From: Tubulanus polymorphus
Taxonomy: Eukaryota; Animalia; Nemertea
Direction of reading: 5' to 3'
Assembly: GCF_964204645.1 (NCBI RefSeq)
Contig: NC_134025.1
Span: 10,106,001 to 10,170,000, forward strand
Length of the DNA stretch: 64,000 nucleotides
In this document: one piece after another, positions 35,301-47,541 of the stretch
How positions within the stretch are numbered: the first letter of the stretch is position 1
Layout of the letters: each line of letters starts with the position of its first letter
Made by a program: the position numbers and the translations under genes
The notes under the pieces: model-generated
The model's database searches: none
Told to the model about the DNA's origin: nothing
Seen by the model: the letters and a program-made list of their open reading frames with translations, nothing else

Positions 35301-38057
35301 TCGTATATCGGTGGAAAGTGGCCCCCCTCTATTGTGACCCTAGTTGCTAGGTTCATTTGTGCTCTGGGTAATCAATGATATTTCATTGTATCAATTACAG
35401 TATGGAAGGTTCAATAGTTAGATTGCCAGATATCGTACGCTTAAAAAAGAAATATAAGGCGTACATCTACCTAGACGAAGCGCATAGTATCGGTGCGACG
35501 GGTCGAACTGGTCGCGGTATCGTGGACTATTACGGATTGGATCCCAACGACATCGATATCATGATGGGAACGTTTACAAAAAGTTTCGGAGCCGCCGGTG
35601 GCTACATAGCGGCTTCAAAAGTCAGTGTTACAAACATCTGTCGCTGCTTAAGGCTTTTATTCACCACGGGTAAACTAATTTTTCTTTCGGTATTTGCAGC
35701 AAATTATCTCTCATCTGCGAGCCCATTCCCATAGCTCTATCTATGCATGCAGTATGTCGGCACCTGTGGCGCAGCAAATACTAACCAGCATGAAGATTAT
35801 TTCCGGCCAAGACGGATCCGATGAGGGTTGGTAGCACTGCCTGAGTAGCTTCTATCCTTCGCGTATTCGAAATTTGAAATCTTTTTACACAGTGAAGCGT
35901 TTTTCTATTCGCAGGTCAAAAACGAATTCAGCAGCTAGCGTGGAATACGAGATATTTCCGACGTAGACTTCAAGAGATGGGATTCATTATTTACGGAAAT
36001 AAAGATTCGCCAGTCGTGCCGTTGTTGATTTTCAAGCCTGCTAAAATAGCGTATGTTTTGCGTATACTTTTTTTTTTTCTATGGCTCGATGCTTTGAATG
36101 ATTTGTTACGGTGTTTCATTTTCAAGGTTTCAATAAGACCCGATTTAGGAGAGAACTACAGTTGAACCTCGTCGATACGATTCTGTTTAAGATGAAACCT
36201 ATTTACTACGATCATTTCCAGCATGTCCCAGCTAACATATGTATTTCATTCAAGCTTTGGATATTACCAAACCTGTTTAACCCTTTCAGTGTGTCTACAC
36301 TGCAGTGTATAAATCAGTGATAAATTTTGCTAGTACACCGCACTGCCGTGTATTGATGTAATTAGTAATTAGTAATTCTCTCTTGAAAAATGGTAGCACC
36401 TGTCAAACAGTGAAATACTAGTAACTAACGATACACTGCCTCGCGGTGTGTACGCACTTGAGTGGTATTCCCGTTATTCAACACACTAGGGTGGAATTTT
36501 TTTAAATTTTCAAATTATCTCCAGCACTATAAGGTATTAATTAGTCAGCACTTTTGCCAACAAGATTCATATTAACGAGGTTCCACCGTATGGTCTATTT
36601 TGAATTATCAATAAATTATTTTATGTAGTCAATTAACAATCTCATAAATTGCGTTGGAAATAATACATTGTATGTACTTAACCTCTTCACTACCACGGAT
36701 AATGTAACAACCCTCACCAGGATTCGAATCCGATGACATCATTCAATTCAAATCAATTGGATATATGAGCTACCAATCCTCCATGCATACGTAAAAATTA
36801 AAACTAGTTGAAGCGAACTATTATTTAGTACAGCTACACACCAACGGCATATTGACCAACCGCACCAGCAATCTTAGTAATCACGTATACTTGCGACGTA
36901 AATATACGCAATGCATGGTGAAAGAAGGTCATTATTTGTGACTTAAATATTCGTCACAAGTGATAATGAAGAGGTTAAGATTTTGTTTTTGTCGTTTCCC
37001 TGCTGAACAGTGAAAAACCTAGTGCTGTCGATGTTATCGATGTTTCACCTGATAGCGTTTTGTTGTAATTTTCAGTGCATTCGGCCGAGAAACTTTGGAA
37101 CGCGGTTTAGCTACTGTTGTCGTCGGGTTTCCAGCGACGCCTATCATAGAATCGCGAGCTCGATTTTGTTTGTCCGCTTCTCACACGTATGAAGATATTG
37201 AAAAGGTTGGGTTTTTTTTATTTCACTTTAGCCGGCTCGGGACTTCTTCAGTCCCAGTGAATACATTGCATCTTTTGTTTAAATGTTTAAAGAAATTCCC
37301 TACCAAGCTAGCTAAAATTTGTTCCAGTTAACATTAATCCTTAAAAAGAATGAATACATTTGAATTGCAGGCATTAGAAATTGTGAGCGAAGTTGGGGAC
37401 GTTCTTCAACTGAAATACTCTGATATCCGGAAAGTCCCATATTCAGAATCTGATGTTGATTTCTATGCAGCTCATTTGGTAAGATGTAGCGTAATTGATG
37501 GCACTTTGCTTGTCATGGCACTGTTCAGAATAAACTTAGTGCCTTGACAGTGCATCATACGAAAAATGTATATGAATGAATATAAACACTTGAAAATCTA
37601 CTTTATCTAGATATAAGCTTATCTTATGAGAGTAATATGTTTTATGCAAACGAGATTGGATTTTAGGCTTTAAAAAAATGATACCTTGTTTCTCTTAATC
37701 GGTTGGGTTGTTTCGAAAAAAATTTGTAATCAGTTCATTTGTTTTGCTGCCGGGTCTGTTATAGTTAACTTGATCATGATTTTGCAAAAAGTAGTGTACA
37801 GTGTAGATAGGCGGCTGGCCGGGTCAAATTTGAAGCCCAGCGCGAAGGAGAAACAAGTATCAATTTTTTGGCCTTACAACATTATATATATCTTGGGTAC
37901 AACTTGAGATATTGCTCAGTGCTGTCGACTTGAGATTATGACTGAGAAAAATATTGACCGTTCAAATTGTTGTTAAGGGTTATAGCAATATGAATTTATC
38001 AAAGTTCTTTTTTTTTTCTTACAGACACCGAAAACCGTGACATCGCGATCAGCCTAA
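29358..38057 (+). CDS. SPTLC2: Serine palmitoyltransferase long-chain base subunit 2 (LCB2)
   Basis: Exons 29358-29477, 30077-30250, 32142-32296, 32969-33114, 33591-33715, 34570-34663, 34783-34888, 35401-35620, 35700-35826, 35915-36050, 37076-37205, 37371-37478, 38025-38057. Motifs [51 protein letters not shown]-lysine [17 protein letters not shown]. Confidence 0.95.
31753..32030. mobile_element. Palindromic MITE-like element with B-box arm (same family as 63321-63649)
   Basis: Inner TIRs cctgccacactagaccgggtgcg / cgcactcggtctagtgtagcagg followed by GGTTCGAATCC at 32006-32016. Confidence 0.65.
34303..34508 (-). mobile_element. Penelope-like (pLTR/retrozyme) fragment in SPTLC2 intron 5
   Basis: 12-bp direct repeats atgtattgagaa (34303-34314, 34497-34508), perfect 30-bp inverted repeat (34319-34348 / 34446-34475), central hammerhead motif, and AATAAA on the minus strand. 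Confidence 0.72.
34391..34444 (-). ncRNA. Minimal type I hammerhead ribozyme motif (Penelope-type)
   Basis: Minus strand reads gacac-CUGACGA-u-gaucuc(uagggu)gagauc-GAAA-c-g-UC-augcc: conserved core, 6-bp stem II, palindromic ACGU stem III. Stem I is imperfect. Confidence 0.75.
35056..35330. mobile_element. hAT-like MITE (CAGGGTGGCCA termini); related copies at ~21857, ~25805 and ~45970-46266
   Basis: cagggtggccattgacctgggaaactcagggaa...gtggcccccct with recurring TCAGGGAA motifs shared among the copies. Confidence 0.6.
36277..36552. mobile_element. piggyBac-like MITE copy (right end degenerate)
   Basis: Starts ttaaccctttcagtg and is collinear with the complete copy at 59378-59649; a further interrupted copy lies at ~30364-31080. 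Confidence 0.65.
37665..37874. mobile_element. MITE with gataccttgtttctc / gagaaacaagtatc TIRs; inverted copy at ~44925-45140
   Basis: Shared internal sequence gtagataggcggctggccgggtcaa occurs reverse-complemented at ~44970-44995. Confidence 0.65.
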
Positions 38058-41000
38058 TGTGACAGACATCACTCCGTGCTTATCATGATTTCTGCAGAAT
38101 ATTTTCAATCAAAGGGAATTAGGGATTTTATATATATTTCATCTAAGGTTTACCAGTTACCTGTTTTACATTCTCCCGACGATCATGTTTGAATAATGTT
38201 TGATACATTAGGACTGAAACCATTCCATTTGTTACCTTATATTTCCATATTCATTACGAACTGCATGTTGAGACCTTGTTGGGTAAATCAGGACCAAGCA
38301 CTGGGACCTGGGTTTTACATGTCATTTTCATATCGGCAACCATAAATCAGTCTTGCAGACTTGAGATTTAAGCATATATTATGCTTGAACTCTTGAAAAG
38401 CAGATCATAATACATCTATCATTAAAATTGACAACTTTTAATTCTAGTATCTGTTTATTCACACGTAAAATACAGGCAGTTCATTTCTTCGGAGTTTGTT
38501 AGTTATTGTTTCTTAGAAGTTTCCTGTGACAACCAGCAATTCACAGCTTGGCAACTATTCATGATGTTCAACTACTTATGTGCTACATTTTATCGTAGCA
38601 GGTGTTTTTTGACGTTATTAGATGAATTTGTATATAAATTTATGGTACCGGTTTTCATCTTTATGACGTTGAACGAACTAATTAAAATATGTTTTGATAG
38701 TTTCTATAAATTATAATTGATGATTGGTGATTTTGTAAGAAATGACGAAACTCGCGTTTAATATATTGCTTTGTAAATTAGAGAATCATTATATGCACAG
38801 GTACTATCTTAAGTGTACGTATATTTTTTGATATTTATTCAAGAGACACTATATAACATAATAATGAGGTTAGTCAATCCAGAGATATTGTTTACATCTG
38901 GATTTTCATTGTACAAGACATTTCACCTGAGCCACTTCAGATCCGATGTATTCATTACAGTGGTCCTTGCGGTTTGAAGAGTATGTAATATTGAAATTAC
39001 CTATAGACGTAGTTAGTTATATGTCTCCATGACGGTATTTTGTATTTCATACCCGAATTCAAAATTTTGAAACTTGAAATTTTGTATACATTCATTTGGC
39101 CTACGAATTGATGAAAATGCAGGAATGTTAAATACTTTCCATAACTCATCTGGTCAAGCTGTTACGCTCTGTTTTGAATATTTGGCAGCATCGGGAATCG
39201 ATTAGTACTTTGACATTAATACGTGTGTGTGTGTGCATTATGTTCTTTTATACGTATAGCTTAAGTTTTTTCTATGTAACTAACGTGATCGAATACTGCT
39301 CCTTATATTGTATAAAACTATATATTACCGAAGTCGTCCATTGAGATTGCTGTCTTTCATTGGGTTTATGCATAATCTTGGGTTTTAATTGTAGTGTATT
39401 ATTACACACGGCACAGCTGATATTTTACAGCTATTTCAAAATGTTGGCATTTGTTTCGATGGACTTGTTTTACAAATTGTGAAGGGTTCACAATTCGATA
39501 GGTTCACTGTGTTATGTCAATTAATGAAATGTAAGAGTTTTTTAGCCATTTTTGCATGTTTACTTTATTTCTTTATGTATATATTTTACGTATGTTTACA
39601 TTCTATGTTTCATTCATGAATTTCAAAGCAAATTCCTGGCCACAACCCATCATCTGCGCTTGTATTTTTTGGCTGTCGTAAAGCAAACTTGCATGTGGTT
39701 TCACCAAAATTCTTCAAAGTCTTGGTAGCCTTGTACAAAAACAAGTACTGAAATATAGATTGAAGATTAGATTTCGCAGTAATGAATATGCACATTATGT
39801 TGCTTTTCCAGGAATTTAAATTTCTCATGGAAAATACTCAAGTGTGTTAACAAAGATCCATATCATTCATTATATTTATGTCAAGTTATGTTATTGAAGT
39901 TTTTATTCAAAAGTTTGAATACCATAAAGAAGCTATAATTGGTATGTTAGTGAGAATTCTTTAATTCCCTTTTCAATAGTTGTGTCGCTAATGAGTTACA
40001 GTAATGATACTGCTTAAGAATATGAAGCTAGCGTAACATGTTTCTTTGGACCAATTATTCCGTGATGGTTAACATTAGTTTTATTCAACTTATCCCAAAG
40101 TGCTGCGCTATCTTATAGAACCACCCCTTCAAACATTGACAATTTTTCTGTGATGTTTGTTGGGTTTAAAATGAAGAAGTTCCTCGGATGACACAAAACA
40201 ATATGTTTTCACAGGTGGAAAGTCTGAGGGGGTGCATGTGTATAACTCTTAACGATAGCTTGATAAGTTTATGGGGTCGAGTTTTAACTCGAAGAACTAC
40301 TGGCTGGAAATTGGGCAGATCCATGAGGTTAAGACCTGGAGTGGGGATTTTGACAAAACCTGCATGCTTATGGTCACATTAATGTTAGATAGATATATTT
40401 GTATACCATTCTCATCATCATTATTAATTTTATAAACAAGTGTTGACTGCTTAAAGTGTATTGTTATTTTTAAGTTGTGAATAAAGAAGGCTTTGATTTT
40501 CTTTTTGATCTGAAATGAGTTTTTATGGTTGCAGTGAATTTTTGATGATTGTTATTTCATCATGGATGGCGATATCGAGGAATATCTACATTGATGAATT
40601 ATTAAGAAATGAAAAAACCAGTTTAGCCTTATTTAACCCTATATATGACATGAGCTAGGGAATTAACTTTTTGTGAAACTCAAAAATTTCAAAGTCTATA
40701 TTTCTGAAGAGGGAACATTGGCTTTGCTTGAATACTACTAAGGGGTCATGCAGTGTATGAAAAGATGGTCCTATAAAATTATGAAAATGACATCTTGTTT
40801 CAAATTTAATAAAGCAAATCGAGATTTCAAATTTGTGAAATTAATTTAATTGAATGCTGACCAATGGTAAGCGAGTGATTCGGTTGAGGGAACACACACA
40901 CGTGTGTGTGGTGTGGCGGTAAATCACACCGCGTTCGCTGTGTAGTCCCCCAGAAAATCAACTGTCAACTGAGACTGAGAGTGAGCTCTGTGTACATTTG

Positions 41001-41107
41001 GCGCCGATGTCTTCTTAAAAAGCGAAACATTGCAACATTTGAACTGAAAGATGAGCGCTGCAACTCCCACTACTACCGGTAATAAACAATTTGCATGCGC
41101 GTTGGAA

Positions 41108-42558
41108 CAGTCAGGAACACTTTCCAAAAACGGCTTATTCTGCCAATTTCGGCGTTTTCCGCAAATTACGGCAGAATCAGCCGTTTATGGATCACTCAGT
41201 TTTGAAACTTTCACAGTCGTTTATGGCTTAATCAGCCACAAATAGTTTTTTTGCGCACTTCCGGTTCAATTAGCGCATTGTGCCGATGACGTCATAATCT
41301 CGAGCAGACGATAAGCTTTCATATGACGCTAGGATGGAAATTTTTGAGCTAGGTAAAGTGGTCAAATTTACGTTTTTCTAAATGATTACGTCATATGAAG
41401 CCCAAAAACTCCGGGAAAACTCTCAAAACTACTACAGCATGAAACAAGTTTATTAATCATGATTTTTGTTAGAAATAGATTTGGGAACTAATTTTAAAAA
41501 CTATTATAAAGTTTTCAAGTAAACGTTGCCATGGATACACATAAAAACATTCGCCATTACTGGCGTATTCCGCCGTTTTTGGCGTAGTTAGTTTTATAAT
41601 CGTAAACTATTAAGCCATTATTGGCAGTCCACTTGTTATATATGAGGATTCCCCCACCCACTTAGACGTTTCCCCTAGTGTCTACGCGGTACTTTTTTCG
41701 GAATAAAATAATTAATTTGCTGAGGTGAACGGATGTGTAAATATTATATGTTAAAAATAAAAATAAAATTATTATTATTATAATTATCATTCTCATAAGA
41801 CAAATCAATCATGGATGTATAAACTAGTGTATCAAAAATCTAGTTTTAAGTTATGCCCATGGTCTTATCTTGCCTAATAAAGCATAGAATGGTTGAGGGA
41901 TATATTGGACTGCATATGATGTTGGTTAATTGAAAGTAATTAACATCTTCGATGCCTCCAAGCTAATTGATGGATTCTTGTGATGGATAGTGATTGAATG
42001 AATTGGTGGCCGATGACGTTACAACTCAAAATCGATACAGCTGTATCTAGACTCATTTCAAAATACAACAAACATTTTCGAAACAATTTGGGATACATGT
42101 ATGTATATATTTATTTCATAGAATACAGGTATACAGAAAGAACAGAGTTCAAATACATTTGCCATCGGAAACCCATACATTTATATTTAATTCTTTCTTG
42201 AAGCCTGGAACGGATCAATGAGATCAATTTTTCGGCCCAAACAAATGTATGCCAGCAGAAAAGCGATGATGTCATAATAGGGACTCCCATCGAACTAAGC
42301 ATTATAAATAGCACCTGTAAAACTATCTAAGCTAAAAACGCCGTTTCTGGCGATGTAGTTTTAAAAACTGTAACAGCTGAAAACGGCGGAAATGGCGTTT
42401 TTTAAGAACAAGCCAAAAATGGCAGAAAACGCCGATTTCGGCTAAATTGGCAGAAGCAGTTTAAAACTGAGTAATCCATAAATGGCTGATTCTGCTGTTA
42501 TTGGCGGAAAACGCCGAAATTGGCAGAATAAGCCGTTTTTGGAAAGTGTTCCTGACTG
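41108..42558. mobile_element. Non-autonomous DNA transposon with ~95-bp TIRs
   Basis: Left end cagtcaggaacactttccaaaaacggcttattctgccaatttcggcgttttccgc... is the reverse complement of the right end ...gccgtttttggaaagtgttcctgactg; flanked by TGGAA on both sides; no transposase ORF. Confidence 0.85.
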
Positions 42559-42928
42559 TGGAACTGGGAAGCCTCCGCAATTTTAGTTTGTGATTATTGA
42601 ATTGCCGCCGCTTGAATAATTGCCGATTTTTGACAGTTTCTAAAAGGCCTATATGTTGCCGCAGCTTGCTGATTTTAAGATTTTGATATTTTGCCATGGC
42701 GAATTTACTTCAATTCAAAGTACAAAACCGTCAGCTTTCACTGCTGCAGTCCTGCACTTCTAAGACTAAAACCACTGACCACAGGGACTTGACACGAAAG
42801 AATTTTGATCCCTCCCTCACCCGACTCAATAGTTGAAGTTTGGCGTTGAATAGTAGCTCGGATTATCCAATATCCCAGCAAAGTTGGTCGGTCGCACCTG
42901 CTCCTTTGGCCTTTCCCATCCATACAGT

Positions 42929-45900
42929 ATGTGTATCGATGCTAACCCTTGGAGAATATTGAATTCACCCATTCAAACTCTAGGTCAGTCTTGTGCCTCG
43001 GGGGGGGGGGGGACTAGGAATGTACATAAATAGAAAATGTCATTTCTTATCACTGGAATGTAATAATTTGATGTTATAGGCCTAGCTGAGGGGTCGCAGC
43101 AGCTGGCCGTTAAACAGCACCGGGATAGCGATACGTCTGGACATCACGTCGCAGCAGTTACTACGACAACCCATACAAACGAACCTGAAAATAATGACGA
43201 TCAAAATATTGACATCAGCCGCGTAGCGACTGACGACCCAGTAGACTCTGACTGCACGACTACGAGCACGGGAGCTGGTTCAAAGACTTCGGCAGAAAGG
43301 ACCCATGATGACAAAACTGGTCAACAAAACTCGACGAAAAGATCGCAGCACGAATGTCTGAGTCCGTTTACGAAAATTGAGCAAGTCAAAGTCGAACCTA
43401 ATACGATTCCGAACACGACCACTCTTCCGACGCCATTCAAAGGTAGGCCTAAGTTTGAATCTTCTGCGGGATGTTTCGATTTGTGTTTGACCTTGAGGTA
43501 TGCTGGTTCTCCATGGCGTTTATTGTTGGGTTACAGGTACCAACAATTCAATCGACAATGAATGACGATTCCTAGGGTTAAACCTAGATAAAGCTCTTTT
43601 TATTTTGAACTCATGGCTTTGAGTAACATATTGCGAAGTTTTTTAGCCCAGTTGGGATTTAAGTCCCAGCAGGCTATTATGTTCACTTTTCGTCACTCCA
43701 ACTGTTATTGATCAAATCTTAGGAAGTTTCGCTTATATGCTTATGTGTGGTCTCAATATTTGGTTGATATCTACCCTTCATCTGCAGCCCAAAAATTGAT
43801 TTTATCGGAATCAAGCTGGCCAACTTGTGGCCACTTCAGTGCTAAAGCATATTTTTGAAGTTATCATGAGAAATTTTGAAGACGTTTTGATTTAAATCAT
43901 CATGAGGTTTGGTATTGGTATGTGTTGTATGTATCGGCCTAGCATCACAAAAAATCTGGTCAATTCGAGAAAATTTTGCCATCTTTTTTACCATATTCAA
44001 TTGCAGAATTGTAGCTTATGACATGTTCTGAGATTGTGGCTAGTTTCAAGTTAATTGGCGTCTGTACATGTTCACCAGGGGCATTGAATTTTAAAATTGT
44101 CAAATTTTCGAGCATTTAAGACCACTTTTCCAAGTGGGCATAGTGTTCCGGGACCACTATTTGGTGATTTTAAGGTTTCGGAATGTATCAAATGGATCCG
44201 AGGTATAGTAACTTAACGACTGAGATGGATGCATCGAGGTACCAACGACAGACGGACTGGTGGCCTTATCAGACGATCGCAGCTACAGATTGTAAAATAC
44301 AATGTAAGTTGGTCTCACGTATCAAGTTTTATTCCTTGCTATAATTCGTAACCGGGGGCAGTCACTCATAATAGTTAATAAAGCATGGACTCAATTAAAG
44401 TTGGACTCAACTCATGGAGTCCATCATTTAAGTAATCTTTTTAATTTCCAGTTATTGCTGGCGAAAATACGATAAATTGAAAGCTTACCTATAAGTTTTA
44501 ATCCATAAACTTGTTCTCTACATTTCCAAACATTGAGTTATAATATAGTATTTTTGTAAATAGCTTTCTTTCGGGGTGCCCTATATAATTGCCCTATTTT
44601 GGGGGTTCTCTTCTCTCTGAATCGGTACCTAGATCCGTTCCTGGGCCCTGCAGCATAGCATATCTTCAGTACAAAGATTTCACAATATTTGACATGTGCT
44701 GCTGCTGCTGCTGCTGCTGCTGTCTTTCAATAGGGATTTTTGACTAAATTATAGTTATACACAATGCTGTGGGCTACACGCCATTGATTCATATCAATTG
44801 TACACCATAGCTGTGGTACATGCAGTGAAAGAGTTTCAACAAGTGGATACATCCATCGTAACAAGTGGATATATCCAATGTAACAAAGAAGTTGCCACCA
44901 CCACAATGTCGTCTGTCCCCTCGTTAAGGCTAAAATACCTTGTTTCTCATTTCTGCTGAGCTTAGAACTTGACCCGGCCGGCCGCCTATCTACCATGTAC
45001 ATAACTTTTTTTAAAATTTTCATCAAGCTCACAATAACAGACGCGCCAGTTATAGGAATGAAATAAAGTGATTACAAATTTTGTTGCAGTTTACAAAAGT
45101 GCAATTAGGAGAAACAAGGTATCATTTTATTCTAACTTAACCACTTTCGAGCAACTGGCCCTGGTACTTCGAGTTCAACGAGTCAAAAACCCTTTGATTG
45201 TCCATAAGCGATGTTTGGCCACGTTCGGCTATAAGACACTTCCTATTAGACCAGGAGCCACGGACATTTTATTCATAGGAAGAGAGAAAAATTGTTTAAC
45301 ATGCCCAATTTGTAGGAAACCACCCGAGTAACAACGAATGACGTTGCTGCCGGGTCATAGCCTGTACCTTTGGCCTAGGCGGGCCCCTAAAAGGGGTGTA
45401 AAATTTATCTTTATTCAAAGATCATTAGAAATGCATAATTTTAATCGATAATCATAGAAATGAATGTAGGTATATCATTTTTCAGCATGACAGCAGTTCT
45501 TTTCTGTACCGGGGCCTAAACAGTGACATTTTTGGGGGGGCTGAAAATAAAGTTATTCAAAGATAGCGAGAAATGAATATATATATATTTTAGGTCCGCC
45601 TTTTTCAACTTTCGGCGTGAATACGGGTTTAATGTTGCCGCCTCGGCCGCCTCTAACTCAACTTCAACAGCAGATAAAACGCCGACGTATTCAAGAGCGC
45701 ATGCGTCTGTCCGTTGAACAGCGACAAGAACTCGAAGAGATATTTCAAGAGAAAGAATATCCATCAACGGAATTCATGGAGGTGTTTGAGAAGAAGCATA
45801 ACGTTCCGATGAGGAAGATCAGAGTAAGTGTGCTAACTGGCTTAATAGATGGTGTACACACTTAATATATGGATCATCAGAGAATGAATCAACTTTATGA

Positions 45901-47541
45901 GAAATCTGGATTAAACATTATATTTTGATTACTTTTTATATGTACATTTAGAAATATTGACGATAAGTTTTCCCGACCACTGCCGGTATTAAATCCCTGG
46001 AAATCGGGGAAAAGTCAGGGAATTTTCTTTTCTTTAAAACAGTCAGGGAATAATGAGGGAATTATGTATAAAAAAAGCTTAAGATCAAGGAAAAGTCAGG
46101 AAAATTTGTTCAGATTTCTAGATCTCGTGTAGAATCAAACAGTTTCCGACTATGTCTTAAGTATTTGACTGTGTTAATTGATTGGATTCTTTGCAGATCG
46201 TGCATGTCCGGGCATAGTCTCGGGGGAAAAAAGCAAATCAAATGCATGTGACAAGTGGCCACCCTGTTGAAATTTTTTCTTGTATTTTCTTTGTAGGGAT
46301 GGTTTCAGAATCGTCGCGCGAGAGAACGTCGACAACTCGTCAAGACTCAATGTCATGCCGTCAAACCATTGCACCAAATGCTGCGTCCGGCGATGAACAT
46401 GACGACGCTGCAAGACCTGAAAAACTCGTACATGTATAACCCTCGCATTTACAACCAGTATTACCGGCCATTACTGCCTAATCCGGTGTATTATTCACCT
46501 ATGTTACCTCAGTCGTATATATCCGCCCAGCAGAATAGAACATTCTCGTCTAACACCGCGTTGAATTACAACCAATACGTGAACTTCGCTTTCATGCCGC
46601 CGGTCATGTCTGCCGCTACCGCTACTGCTACGACGAGCGAAATTTCGTCAACGCCTCCTGAACCCGATTCGACCAATGGGGACGCCGCTTTGCCGCCGCC
46701 ACCGTCGTCGTCTGGTAACCCGAACCATATGAAAGAGCATTGTTCGCCGCATTACGATCCGTTGTTTACGATCGCGAAGGAAACCGGCGTTTTAGACGGT
46801 ATGTGTTGCGGTAATCAAGCGGCGATGTCGACCGCCATCGATAAACCCGAGCACGCATCGTGGAACGAGGCGGCGTACAACAGCACCGGCGACGGTTCGT
46901 CGTATTACAATCACTACGGGTATTACAACGCGAAGCCGTACCCGGAAGATTTGAACGCGTACGTGCTCGATCTGTCGATGAAACCGTCGCCGCGAAATAA
47001 CGGTTCTCGCGACGAATCGGACGACGTCGACGTAAACAATAACCGATTCGCATCGACGCCGAGCATCGTCGGTATTCAACCTCTCTCGGCGGAAATGAGT
47101 CGTCCGGCGACTCCTCGGCCGTCGCTTTGCGGTAACGAGACGCCAGCTCGGGAATATTTCGGTAGTTTGCCCGACGAAGAGAAATGTCATCTGTATTCGG
47201 ATATTCTCAACGATGACCATTCGGAGAAGTCGCGTCCGGTTACTCCGGTATTATGGCCTGGTTCGGCTACGTCGTCGGCGTGTTTGACGCCTTCGGCGGT
47301 GTCGGCTTTCCATCCGTATAACTCGTGGCGACCCGCGTGCGCCGCTGCTCCGCCGGCTGCACCGGCTCATACGGAACTCGGTTTCGAGACGCCGCCGCAT
47401 TATCTGGACATCGATACGCATGATTACCCGCTGTACGAGGAGAACGCGCAGAAAACGTTGAACACACCGCCGACTGTGAGCGATAATGATAAGCAACAAC
47501 ATTCGCCCGAAAAAGAAAGCGCCGCGAACAAAGACGATTGA
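42929..47541 (+). CDS. Divergent PRD-class (Q50) homeobox protein
   Basis: Candidate exons 42929-42983 (start uncertain), 43080-43442, 44175-44303, 45594-45823, 46297-47541, all phase-consistent. Homeodomain RIQERMRLSVEQRQELEEIFQEKEYPSTEFMEVFEKKHNVPMRKIR|GWFQNRRARERRQ with a phase-0 intron between codons 46 and 47. Confidence 0.82.
44697..44722 (+). repeat. (TGC)n microsatellite, intronic
   Basis: tgctgctgctgctgctgctgctgctg. Confidence 0.9.

Noticed and set aside
37686-37907. Similar small ORFs here and at 44727-45032 (VDRRxAGS)
   Set aside because: The similarity comes from two copies of a non-coding MITE.
42696-42837. Kozak-context ATG (gccATGG) as the homeobox start
   Set aside because: The frame stops after ~46 codons and the nearby donor gives an incompatible phase; the true start is unresolved.
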